A DNA stretch of 64,000 nt from the NCBI GenBank assembly GCA_023213395.1, contig CM041465.1, positions 252,099,741 through 252,163,740 on the forward strand, in the 5' to 3' direction. The notes beneath the pieces were generated by a model. It ran no database searches and had not been told where the DNA came from. It saw only the letters and a program-made list of their open reading frames with translations. This DNA is from Cycas panzhihuaensis. Its lineage: Eukaryota > Plantae > Cycadophyta. A program made the position numbers and the translations under genes. Position 1 is the first letter of the stretch. The number at the start of each line of letters is the position of its first letter. Positions 50,801 to 63,238 of this stretch are shown here, in pieces.

Positions 50801-53760
50801 GAAAGCATTTTGCTGTGGGGGCTACTATTTTGTCCTTTAGGGGTGAAAGGACCAATTGAGTCCTGGGATCTAGGCTAAAATAAGAAAATGTGCTAGGAAA
50901 TTCTTTCATTAGCACACTTCATTCTACCTTTTATGATTTATCACAGTGCTAATACCAGGTTTGACTAATGTTCGTGAAGGTAACGACCCAATGATGGGTC
51001 TATTCCCATTGTGGTATATGTTTTGCCTCCCATACTTTTATGTACTTCTAGATGTGATTGTTTGGATTTTCCGCATTACAGAATACAAGTAATTCATCAT
51101 TATGTTCTTGAAATCTAATCTAGAATGCATTTTTCATTACATTCCAATTCCATAATTGTGCATGGTGTGCAAGATACCAAACAAAAGATTGTCTAAACAA
51201 AGATAAAGGAAAGAGATACATCCAAAACAGTTCTTACCATTGATTTTTCTTCAAAATGTTTACACATTGTTCCAAATGATTGTTTGCAACACCTCTCTTC
51301 CCCCAAAATTGAGGTAATCTTTCAAGAACTTAAGTGAATAGTTTAGAATAATCTTGGGTTGCTTTCAGTTGAACTTCATTTAGTTATGTGACCTCTACAT
51401 CTCATTCATTCAAGCTTGTTGTATCTTTGAACAAGTTTGCTAGGTTGATTTCTAATTTTTCTGTTTGTTGCTCCTCTTCCAAGGCAAAGTCTACTCCTTC
51501 ATCATCCAAGGATGAATCTGGACACATCTCCAAGTGATAACAACTTGTTGGCTCCATTTCTTCCCAAGCATTCTATAACCAATTCAGCACATACGCAGAG
51601 GACAAGTCACTTGGAATTGATGGAGACGCCACTTGTGTTTGATAAGTAGTCTCTGAGCAAGGACTTATGGTGGGTCTAGTTTCGGTTGTTGTTGATGAGG
51701 CTTTGTCCACATCTTCAATCCTTTCAATCTACAACCCATCTGAACACAATGGTAGAGTCACCTCCTTCCTTGTTGATGACAATGTGAATGTTCATTTGCC
51801 CCAATCCTAAATTGCTTTGGTGGCCAGTAACCATGGCCTCACAAGCAATGTCAAATATGTCTTTTTATGATTCTACATTCAAACCACAGCGAAATCCAAT
51901 AAAACAGTAACTCTTGCCACTTTAATAAGTACATTCATCAACATGCCCATGGGTTGTACTTTCAACTAATTTGCCAATCTAGTAGAGCAATTTGGGGTAA
52001 CCACTTTCGACCTTCCCAACGAAATCCAAGAAGTTTCTGGCAAAGTGTTCATGCATGAACCCCCATTTATGATAGTTTTACAAATGGTCATACGAAAAAT
52101 ACACACAGGGGCTCAAGGTTCAACTATATCTATCTTCAAAGCTCTCAACACAAGGTTTTCAATTCAGTCCAAAACAATCTATTAGGAATATCCAACTTCC
52201 CACCATTAGAAGACCATAGCAATTGGGATGGTGACTCCCAATTCTATTAATAAGTACTTCACTGACTGTAACCGTTGCCAAGGATTTAATAGTCCCACTT
52301 CACCTTTTTGTGACGGTTCTTGAAAAATTGTCTTCCTTTTATATGTATAGCCTTTAAATCGATTGCATCGTTGAACTTCTTCTTGTACAATGTTCATCGC
52401 ATCCTACAAGGCTCGCACCACTTCCTGAAGTCACTCCTTTTCTACAGTTGGATCCAAGAAATTCCCTACAATTGGAGTTGTTGTAGTTTTCCCACTTTAA
52501 CTTTGTAGATAGGATGGCAATTCCTAGTTAGGATTTTTTGTCACCAGATTTGAAGTTTGGACCTTGGCATTGGGATTCTTTGAGTAACAAATCCATTTGT
52601 GGTCCGATGGTCCACACTCTTCACAAATGTATTCTCCACCTTTTTTCTCCAAAGGACAATCTGACCAAAAATGTCCCCATCTTGAGCATAAGTGACATCT
52701 CATGGGTTTGGTCTCCCCCTTGTACTGTTTAAAAGAATTACGACCCATTTTTTGGTAAAAAGAATCCCTTACCTCTAGTACATGCCCTTATCCTTTATTT
52801 GATGGGCGATAATAACATTTCCAGGTATTATGATTGTTTCTCTGATAGATTTCACACCATTTCATGACTATTGTTTCTTGGTGTTCATTTCGTAAATGGG
52901 CTTGTTGATTACACAATAAAGGGCACCATATTTCATCTCTAGTTTTTTCTATATGTAAGCGTGCTAATTCAACTCTCAACTTTTCAATTTCCTAGTTGTG
53001 TTGCAATGTTACTAGCATTGAAATAAGTGGTTGTTGTTTCAAAGCTTCCACTTTTCTCTTCAAGGCCTCCAATTCTAGGTTGGTGCCCATATAAGATACA
53101 TGTTCCAACACATTGAACCTCAATTGTTAAGGTTGTAGTCCTTGCTAAAAATTTACTCCTTGTTGGCAATTCGCTAATGGCTGCTACAACTATATTCCCA
53201 ATGGTTGACAACTGACTCCCATTGTAACATTGGCCCCATTTGCACTATTGGTTGCAGATACGCTATCTTCATATGATTTTCAAAATTCAATGCCAATTCT
53301 TGTGCTTACTCGTAGTTGTTCATAGGATGCAAAATTACCTTTTCCTTTAATTGAGGAATAAATCCTTGAACAAAGTATTTTACGGCAAGCATGGGACTAA
53401 TTGGAGTTGTTGGATCCATCTTGTTCATGATTATTCTTATTCTTTCATCAAAATCACTCACTAATTCACCTTAAAACTGGCAAAACTCTTCTAATGCTTG
53501 AAAAACAACCATAAGATCATGTAATTTTTGAAACTAATCTAGAAATTGAGTTTAATTTGGTCCCATGTTGGATTCTGAATAGAGATGTAATGATACCAGG
53601 ATATGGCTACTCCTTGCAAGGTTGAAAAAAAATTCTACCTTTGATCTCCTCTTGGTCTTGAATCCTTGTAATTTTTAGCATGTTTGCAAACAATGATAAA
53701 TGATCTCCTAGATCTTTGGATCAATCATATTTGCAGACTGCCAAAAGTTGCATCATTCTA
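47856..53760 (-). pseudogene. Element C gag-pol
   Basis: Knuckles CHLCSRWGHFWSDC (52524-52979), protease ~51800-52150, RT FKDVFAW...RQRPYKMN (50236-50514) and LNLEKSTFMV...LLGH (49559-49924), INT FEKWGLDFI...DQGS and YYPRVNGQVESTNK. Confidence 0.92.
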
Positions 53761-55297
53761 CACAATAACATAAGGAGTTGTGTATTGTACCTCACCTGGT
53801 TGCATAGGATTGCCTATTGATATGCCAATCGGTGGCATGTTGCCTCCCCCTAATCCTCCTCCAATTGTTATTCCAGAGGTAGCAATGCCTCATGTCAATG
53901 GTAAATTACCACATCCTCCCATGTGCGACTACAGTGCTATTCCTCCTTAACTACTTACTCCAGGGCTTGTGGCAATGGCAATTGTCGAATGCATGTCAAT
54001 ATGTCCTATTGGAGAATTCCCTATCATGTTCCCTACCTATAAAGCGCTGCCTCCTAGGATATATGGTCTAGACATTATTGGACCAATCATTCCTTTAGCC
54101 ATTATATACAGAGGATTCTTATGTTGAGTATAAGGGGTCGGGTCCTCAACTATGGGATGACCCCACCCTCCATTGGAAGTGCTCCAATTTTCAAAGTGTA
54201 TATAAATGCTCCCGTTCTTTGAAATATTCAAATTTGCGGATATTTTTGAATTCGATTGTGGACTTCTATTGTTGGCAGGGTCTTCTCCCAATGCACACCT
54301 CTAATTTTCCTTCAAACTTTTTATGTCCACTTCCATCTGGGTTTCTGATGCCTTAACTAGGGCTAATTGCTCTAATATTTCCTATTTTGTGGACTCCACA
54401 TCTTCATCTTTCTCTTCTTCGATCGATTCTTTTTCTCTTCCCAACCTCACAAGTGATCTCCTCTTCACATGTTTTCTTTGTTGGATTAAAAATTTGGGTC
54501 TATGCGTTCCTCCTTGTAGTTTCTCATTCACCCAGCAGTTGCCCCTTTCTTGTAACATCTCTTTCTTTATTTTAGAATCATTCTTTAATGGCTTGGAAAG
54601 ACCCCATCTGGTCTCACCCTTTCACATCCATTTTCCTTTACATCCTCCCAGGGTTCATGTGAAACAGCAACGAAACTAATGTATGCTCATGCATTCCTCA
54701 TCTAACTACCAACAACATTATTTAAAGAATACAATAATACAAGTGAAATCCATAAAATAAAATACAATTCGTAGTATGAACCAATTGCTTACATCACCAA
54801 GCAAGCACTACATCTGATTCTCTCACAACCAAATGTAGTCCAGAGAACAGTACAAACTTAAGGACTCCAGACAAAGAGTATGTGTCTAACAGTCATATAA
54901 CAAGAAGATAGATGAAATCCTTAATCTAAAACATGATACAAAAAGCAAAATACCTTATTTATACAATCATGGATTTCAACTTATTTTTTCGTTTATACCC
55001 AACTAATTAATTAGTACAGCTAATTAGACATAGTCTTTTCTTAATCATAATTTTGACCACAATCCATTAGTTGATTGTAACTTGGTGGTACAATCCAAGT
55101 CTGGATTATAAGTCCTAATTGCAATCTAGTCTATGATTGTGCCTACTGATTGCAATCTTGTTTTTTATTGCACTTCTTGATTGCAATCTGGTTCTTGATT
55201 GTACTTGTTGATTGCAATCCTGACTTTGATTGCACTTCCTGATTACAATCTGGTTCTTGATTGAATCTACTGATTTCAATCTTGACTCAAATTGCAA

Positions 55298-55798
55298 TCT
55301 AGTTCCTGAGTGTTCCTACTAATTGCAATCCAACTGTTGATTGTGCATGTTAATATACTCTTCTACTTTTTTTCCCTTGTCAAAACTGCCACACACAATC
55401 ATACATTAGAATTAAGCTAGAAACATATAGAAATATCTATTCTCGTTGAATACGCCTAATGTATACTAGGTAGACTAAATGGACTTGACAATATACAATG
55501 ACTATAGAAGAAATTACATATAAAATATGAATAGGTAGCTATAAACATATAGAAATATCTATTCTCTGGTTCCTGATTGTTGCTACTAATTGCAATATGA
55601 CTGTTGATTGTACCTGTTAATATACTCTTCTACTTGTTTTTCCCTTGTCAAAACTACCACACACAATCATATATTAGAATTAAGCTAGAAATATCTATTG
55701 TCGTTGAGTATGCCTAACATATACTTGTTAGACTAAATGGACTTTAGATAATATACAATGACTATAAAAGAAATTACATATAAAATATGAATAAGTAG
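55298..55798. repeat. ~240-bp tandem duplication straddling the element C boundary, with filler
   Basis: 55298-55538 is repeated at 55565-55798. The filler 55539-55566 copies 55417-55444. Confidence 0.88.
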
Positions 55799-58700
55799 AC
55801 TACCTCACTATAATCAACCTCAAAAAAGGAGGTGCAACCTAACCCACTATCAATATACAACCTATAAATGCAATATCATATACTAATATTATGCCCCTAC
55901 CCACAACCCAAGATTTTTCACTTGGGTCTATTTTATAGTGTTAAAATCCTTTAGCCTAAGAAAAGAATAGAGAGAAAGAAGGGCAAAAGAATGGCCATTG
56001 TACTGAATGGACCAAGTGACCAATAACCAATTAGCTACTTCAACTTAAGGGAAAATTTGCAAAACCATGATAGCCTTGTCATTTTCAATAGCTCACAATC
56101 AACATTCTCTTTCCCTTGTAAGTTTGCACTTTTCCATTTCTTCATTGAATGTTTCCTGCTTACGAATTTTGAATTTATGTGAAATCCTAATTTTAAGAAT
56201 CTGGTGAAGTGTGCGAAACAAAAGGGAAGAAAGGGGGACCCATTGCTTTAAGTTTGTCCTTTTCACTTTTTCTTTTTTTCGCTTTGTTGTGTTTTTGCAA
56301 AAAGTCTTTGTAATTCTTTGTTCTTTTTAACTTTACGTTGCTCTATGAAAATAGGAAGTCCAAAGCTTGGGCCTATCACCTAAAATCCATTTTTTGCATT
56401 TTTACAATTTCACATTTTTTCACGCTTTCACAATATAGCACTTTGCAATGTCTTGTTGCAATGAACCTTTCAATTATGATGAATATCACTCATCCATGTG
56501 TTTTGACATTGTGTAATATTATGTGTATATTATTGTACTTTTATGTGAAGTACATCTAAGCTAAAAAGTTAGTCAATTAATTCAACTGTCAGTTAGTTAG
56601 AAAGTTAAATGTCAATTAAAAAAATTAATTAAGTTAGTCAATTCGACAGTTAGCAAGTAATTTCTCATGTGGTTATTGATCCCTCAATGTAAATAAGAGG
56701 CATCCTATTGTACAAACATCAATGAGTGTGTATTCATGATGTAAGCCAGATTTTGAAATTATAGAAGAGAATTCATTTTATCACCTCTTCAACAATCTTG
56801 ATGCAGTGGGTAGCATTCTTTAAGTCTGTAAGCCCCCACGATAACTCACTAGATGGTATCAATGCCTGTGATCAGGCCAGATAATCGTGGAGTCTAGATT
56901 CCATTTACAAATAGAGAATTATGAAGAAAGACTCCAAAATTTGATGCCCTATAAGTAATATGAAGAAGGATTGTTTATTACCTCATCTCGAGAAATTAAG
57001 GAAGAAGGGGGAAAAAAAAAGTCAATATGATAATGCCCTAGCATCAGTGTGGCCAAGTGGAGCCACAATCGTGTGAAAAAAAATTGTGTGAACACAACAA
57101 AGAGATAATGGACAATATAGCCCAAGATAAGTAGATTGTGGAAATCAATGCACAGACGTTGATAGAGAAGGACCCCATGATGAATGGACAAGGGTGCCTA
57201 GAGCAATAGAAAGTATGCCCACCATTACAAATGTTGGTACACATGGAAAATTTTGGTAAGAGTTGCCCGCAAGATAAAGGAAGACACTAACATTGGTAAA
57301 TCGCCCCACCACGAGGAAATAACACCCGCAAGTCATAAGAAGTCCACCCACGAAGAATGCCACACCTGCAAATCGTAAGAAAACCACCCACAAAGGAAAT
57401 AACCACCATAGAACAGAGGAGACATGCAAACCACGTAGATTGTACAAAGATCCACCAAAGATACAAACCCCAATGTCACCACACACAAACATCTCGAAAA
57501 TCGAATCACTACTAAAAATTTGACAACTGCAAAGAAAGATTACATAAATGAATCACCACAAATAAAAATCAACATAGAACGAAAAAAAATCCAACTCCTA
57601 AAGGTTAGATGAAATAATTTTATTTGGAATATTCCTAGCATATACCTAAATCATATTCTCAGCATATTCCTTTAAGATTAGAACAATTCATAAAATGCAT
57701 TGTTTTATATCATTTTATAAGAGCTGAAATTTTGGGAAAAAATTCATTATTTATGAAATTAGGAGGGCTATATGTTGATAGAGTCATTTCTTTAATTTGT
57801 AAAAGGCACGCATGAAAATTTAATATTTTTCACAAAATTGTGAAAGGCAGATGATAGAATAGTGATTTAAAGGCATTAAAATGTTACAAGTTAAGTACCA
57901 AAATTCACACTTCTTTCAATTTTAATCAAGTTCACTTCAAATAGGAGTTATATTAAGAGATTTTAATGCCTGCAATAAATTTTGAGTCATTAAAATATTG
58001 ATATCTATAAAGGAATTTCCATCAATTGTTAAGTTTTTTCAAAGCCCAACATGCCTCACAAAGGAAAACAGACTTCTTCCGGGGAAGAAATGGTTGAAGA
58101 AGTTTCCAAGCAAAGGTCAACAAAGACCTCTACTAGGCAAGAATTGAGGGAACCATCTCTAGCCTTCATTCTAGTAATGGATCATATGATGCAAAACATG
58201 ATGACCATGTTTTAGCAACTCATGGTTCATCAAACCCAATAGACTCAACAACTTTTACAAGGACAATAGGTGCATGTCCCTAGAGCAATTCCCATCTAGC
58301 AATCACAATTTAAGTTGGATACTTCAATAATTATTCCGATGTTTTATAACGCAATTAATGCCAAAACCTTGAAGAATTCGATATGTGGTTTGGAGGCATA
58401 TTTCAAGTGTCAAAGCCTCATAGATGATGAAAAAATTGTTGTGGAAGAGATACACATGGCAAAACAAGCCTTAGTATGGTGGCAAATGTATGTCAATACC
58501 CATGGTGAAGTAAGTTCATAAGACAATTTTAAAACAATATTTCAAAAACAATTTTATCATATGGGATACAAAGACAAAAGGGAGAAGAAGTGGTTACAGT
58601 TGCAACAACAAACTAGATAATCTATCAAATAGTACATTGATACTTTTAATAAAATTGTCATAATGATAGAGTCCCAAGATTCTGAGCAGACTCTTGTGCT

Positions 58701-58912
58701 CAAAATCTAAGTGGCCCATTCTCGTCCTTGCAATAGGAGTTAGACCTCATAAAGATCTCCTCCTTGGCAAGGCTTTCTAGTACGCACTAAAAGTGGAAAG
58801 CAAGCTCCACAAAAGACCATCTACTCAACCACAGCAACAACAACAACGACCACAATGACCACTAAAGCAGCGTTTTAATCAAGAAAAGGAAATTGATGCA
58901 GCAAATCCTTCA

Positions 58913-61900
58913 TGATGAGTATCGCTCATCCATGTGTTTTGACACTGTGTAATACTATGTGCATATTATTGTACTTATATGTAAAGTACATTTAAGTTAG
59001 AAAGTTAAGTTAATTGATTCAATTGTCAATTAACTAAAAAGTTAAAAATCAGTTAGTAAAGTTAAGTAAGTCAGTTAGTTGGATAGTTAGAAGGTAGTTC
59101 TTCGAGTGGTTACTGAGCCCTCAATATAAACGTAAGGCACCTTCATTGTAAAAATCATTAGTGTGTGTTTTCGTGATGTAAACCAGATTACGAGATAATA
59201 GAAGAGAATTCATCTAATCACCTCTTCAACAATGCTGATTATATGGGTAACGTTCTATGAATCTATGAGCACCCACGATTACACATCAAATAGTAGTATT
59301 AGAGCCAATTTCCTAAAGGCATATGCATAGTTGTACAAATTATTGTACGGACCTACACGAACAAAAATAATTTGAAGTGCTTATATTAAAGAAAATTTTT
59401 ACCAATTTATGCACCTCTATAAGAGGGTTAATCTATTCCAAAGGACTATTGTCAAATTTCGTCTCGGTGAGTGAGAAATCGAAGAAAATCATAAGCACAG
59501 GTTTGAGGCTTCAACAACAATTTTCTCCTTAGATACTTAGTCTTCTTCTTTGATTCTAGTCTTACTCTCTTCCCCTCAACCAAGGCTTTCTATCAAGTGT
59601 ACATTTATAGTATTTAATTTCTTTTTCTTTAAGTTATAAGCAAAAATCAATTTGAAGCCTTAGCCACCATTCATTGTTTCAGGCCAATTTTCTCTCAGAC
59701 CAGAGCTCAGGTCGAAAAACCACCTATAGATTTGGAAAGGAATTGAAGAGATCTTGTATTTAAGACCACTTTTGTTTTTTCTTGTTTCATCCATACTTTT
59801 TCATACAATCATACAACTGTACAGATCCATATAGTCCAGAACAGAAATTTTACTTCCAATGATTTTCCTCATTCTTGATATATTCTCTTATTGTTTAAAG
59901 GTTGAAAATCTACTTGTTGAACTCAAAAACGAAAAACCATTAAGCTTATTATATTATGAACATGTAGTTGTAAGCCTGCACGACAAGTAGACCTCATAAC
60001 AAAAAACTTTTTTTCTCCACATTTATTGAAATCAATTGTTAAGTTGTTGTCAAGCCCAGCACACCTTGCAAAGGTAAACAAACTTCTTCCAAGGGAAAAA
60101 TAGTTGGAAAATATTAAGAGAAGATCAAAAGAGCCTTCCCTAGCTTTCACACAAATGATGGATACATTAAAATGATAAACAAATACTCAAGCCTAGATGA
60201 TGTAGAACATGATGACTATGTTTCAGCAACTGATGGTCCATCAAACCCAGTAGACCCAACAACTCCTACAAGCTTAGCAAACACAAGTCCCCACAACAAT
60301 TCCCATCGAGTAATCGCAGTTTAAATTGAATATTCGCATAACTATTCCAAAATTTCACAGTAGAATTAATGTCAAAACCTTGGATAGTTGAATTCGAAGT
60401 TTGGAGGCATATTTCAAATGTCAAAGCCTCACAAATGAAGAAAAAATTACCATGGAAGAAATACACATGGTAGAGCAAGCCTTAGTATAATGGCAAATGT
60501 ATGTCAATGCCCATGGCAAAATTAATTCATGGAACAATTTTCAAACAATATTTCAAAAGCAATTATATCTTATAGGTAGGAAAGAAGAAAGGGAGAACCA
60601 AGTGGTTACAGTTGCAACAACAAACTAGACAATTTGCCCAATAGTACATTGATACTTTTATTAAAATGGTCATAATGGTAGAGCCCTAGGATCCTTAGCA
60701 CACTCTCAAGCTCAAATTCTTGAGTGGACTATTTTTGTACTGGCAACAGGAGCTAAACTTCATAAAGATCTCCTCCCGAGACAAGGCTTTCCAGTATGCA
60801 TTGAAAGTGGAAAGCAAGCTCCACAGAAGACTCTCTACTCAATTGCTGCAACAACAACAATAGTCACAAATACCACTGAAGCAACCTTACAATCAAAGAA
60901 AGGAAAATGATGTAGAAGAACCTTCAATGGAAGAGAGGGGAAAGTACTGCACATTGCACAAGTCCCATAATCATTCCAATGAATAATGCTAGAAGCAAAA
61001 GGAGCAATCCAAAGCCAAGGCAAAGATCTTGGTAGCTGGAGAAGAAAGCAACACATCATGCAAAGAGGCTAGCACATCAAGTGACTTCACAAAGCCACCA
61101 ACTATACTTATCACCAATCAAATGGTGGTAGATCTTAATTTGGTCCTAATAACAAAGGACTTTAATGCTACAACCACAGAACCATTATTTACCCAAAACC
61201 ACCAAATAAAAGACCATATCATACTGTGCATTATTGACAATGGCAGTATGAAAAATTTGGTATCAGACAAACTTATTAGGGATCTCAATCTCCCTATAGA
61301 GCCTCATCCAAATCCCTATACACTTGGATGGGTTAAGAATGGAAGAGCACCGTAAACCAGGATCAATAAAGTTTGTCATGTAACATTTGCAATGAAGCCC
61401 TATGTAGGTACAGTCACTTATGGCGTAACTCCCATGGATTGTTGTGAATTACCTCTAAGAAGACCCTATCAATATGATAGAGACGCAATACTCTACGAAC
61501 TCACAAATATATATCATTTGAGGAAAGACAACATCAATTATGTGCTCCACTCATCATCATCCCCAGTTACTTCAAGGATGGGTTCATAACTTGCCAAACT
61601 CACTAGTTTTGTTCGAGAAGGCACCAATCTATTTGTGAGTCCAATGCCTGAATCAGACACTCCACAAATGCAGATGCTTTCTCAAACAACTTTGCCACTA
61701 GAGCCTAGAGATTACACATTATTAGAGAGGTCTATCCAAGAGCAGGTAGGCCACTCTCATATCTTACTGACAAGTGCACCTACAACCCTTCCAAAGATTC
61801 CAGTAGGTTCACACCCAGCACAAATAGCACGCCACAGCATTGTGCCAAAGGTACACCACATTGAGGAAGGGTACAATCAAATAAACCTACTCCATGAGAT

Positions 61901-62550
61901 GAATCTTTCATGTCCATTGGACACACAGCTTCGAAGGCATTTCACTTGACAACTACCAGCAAGAAGCCTAGAGTGGAGACGAAGATTGTTAAGTAGGATT
62001 CCTTCCTCGCCCCCATCAACAGCACTTCTTGGTGACAGATGATCACATCCGACATCATCCCACGTCTTGGTAAACAAGGAGAAGACATGGTCAGCCCCAA
62101 CCATTGCAAATTACTTTTTGCCTATCAGTCGAGGACTAATAAATTAGGGACAAATACTTCTTAAACAAGGAGAAATGATGAGTATCACTCATCTATATGT
62201 TTTGACACTATTTAATATTATGTGTATATTATTGTACTTATATGTAAAGTACATTTAAGTTAGAAAGTTAGTTAATTGATTCAACCATTAGTCTGTTAGA
62301 AAGTTAAGAGTCTATTAGTAAAGTTAATTAGGTTAGTTAGTTGAATAGCTAAAAGATTGTTTTTTGAGTGGTTACTGAGCCCTCAATATAAATGAGAGGC
62401 ACCTTCATTGTAAAAATCATCAGTGTATGTTTTCGTGATGTAAGCCAAATTATGAGATAATAGAAGCAAATTCATTTAATCACCTCTTCGACAATTCCAA
62501 TTAAATGCGTAATGTTCTCTGAGTCTATGAGCACCCACGATTACACATCA
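58913..62550 (+). mobile_element. Family A inner copy inserted into the gag of the outer copy
   Basis: LTRs 58913-59288 and 62176-62550; TSD CTTCA at 58908-58912 and 62551-62555; PBS TAGTATTAGAGC 59294-59305; PPT AAGGAGAAA; gag ~60200-61000, protease 61029-61589. Confidence 0.95.
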
Positions 62551-62593
62551 CTTCAGTAGCAAAGAAGGGAGAGTACTACACACTACATAAGTC

Positions 62594-63238
62594 TTGCAAC
62601 CATTCCAACAAAGAATGCTAGAAGCAGAAGGAGTAGTACTAGGCAAACACCCTAAAGCTGAAAAAGAAAGCAACATGCCAAGTGACAAGGCTAGCACGTC
62701 AAGTGAATCATCAGAGATGCCAACGATACTCGTCACCAATCAAATAGTGGTAGATCCTAATCTAGTCCTGATGACAAAGGACTACAACGCTTCAACCAAA
62801 GAAGCATTATTTACCCTAAATTGTCAAATTAAAGACAGTATTTTACTATGCATTATTGACAGTGGCAATATGAAAAATCTGGTATCAAATAAACTTGTTA
62901 GGGATCTCAATCTCCCTACAGAGCCTCATCTAAATCCCTATACACTTGGATGGGTTAAAAAAGAAAGAGCACTGGAAACTAGGATTGATAGAGTTTGTAA
63001 TGTGGCATTTGCAATGAAGCCCTATGTAGATACAGTCACTTGTGATGTAACTCCCATGGATTGTTGTGAATTACTTCTAGGGGGACTTTATCAATATGAT
63101 AGAGAAGCAGTATACTATGGGCTTACTAATACGTATCACTTAAAAAAAGACAACATAAATTATATGCTCCACTCTTCATCATCCTTAGTTACTTCAAGGA
63201 TGTGTACACAAGGTTCCAAACTCACCAGTTTGGTTTGA
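62594..63238 (+). pseudogene. CRM-type aspartic protease region of outer A (longest open stretch)
   Basis: LFTLNCQIKDSILLCIIDSG...LPTEPHLNPYTLGWV...QYDREAVYYGLTNTY. Confidence 0.85.

Larger units (their letters stand above)
44547..55397 (-). mobile_element. Complete but decayed OTA-type Ty3/Gypsy retrotransposon (C) with a 3' accessory region
   Basis: LTRs 44547-45248 and 54680-55397; TSD ATCAT at 44542-44546 and 55398-55402; PPT adjoining 45249; domain order gag-PR-RT-RH-INT. Confidence 0.93.
38858..56476 (-). repeat. Element B 5' LTR split by insertions: pieces 38858-39073, 44220-44546, 55398-56476 (continues beyond element A)
   Basis: Pieces join across TSDs and match 34982-36145. Preceded by CTCCCCAATATGGTTGCTAA, a degenerate tRNA-Asp-type PBS (~38836-38855). 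Confidence 0.75.

Noticed and set aside
57044-57492. Hydrophobic minus-strand ORF as an env-like membrane protein
   Set aside because: Antisense translation of an A/C-rich leader gives V/F/G/L by composition, and the inner A copy lacks it.
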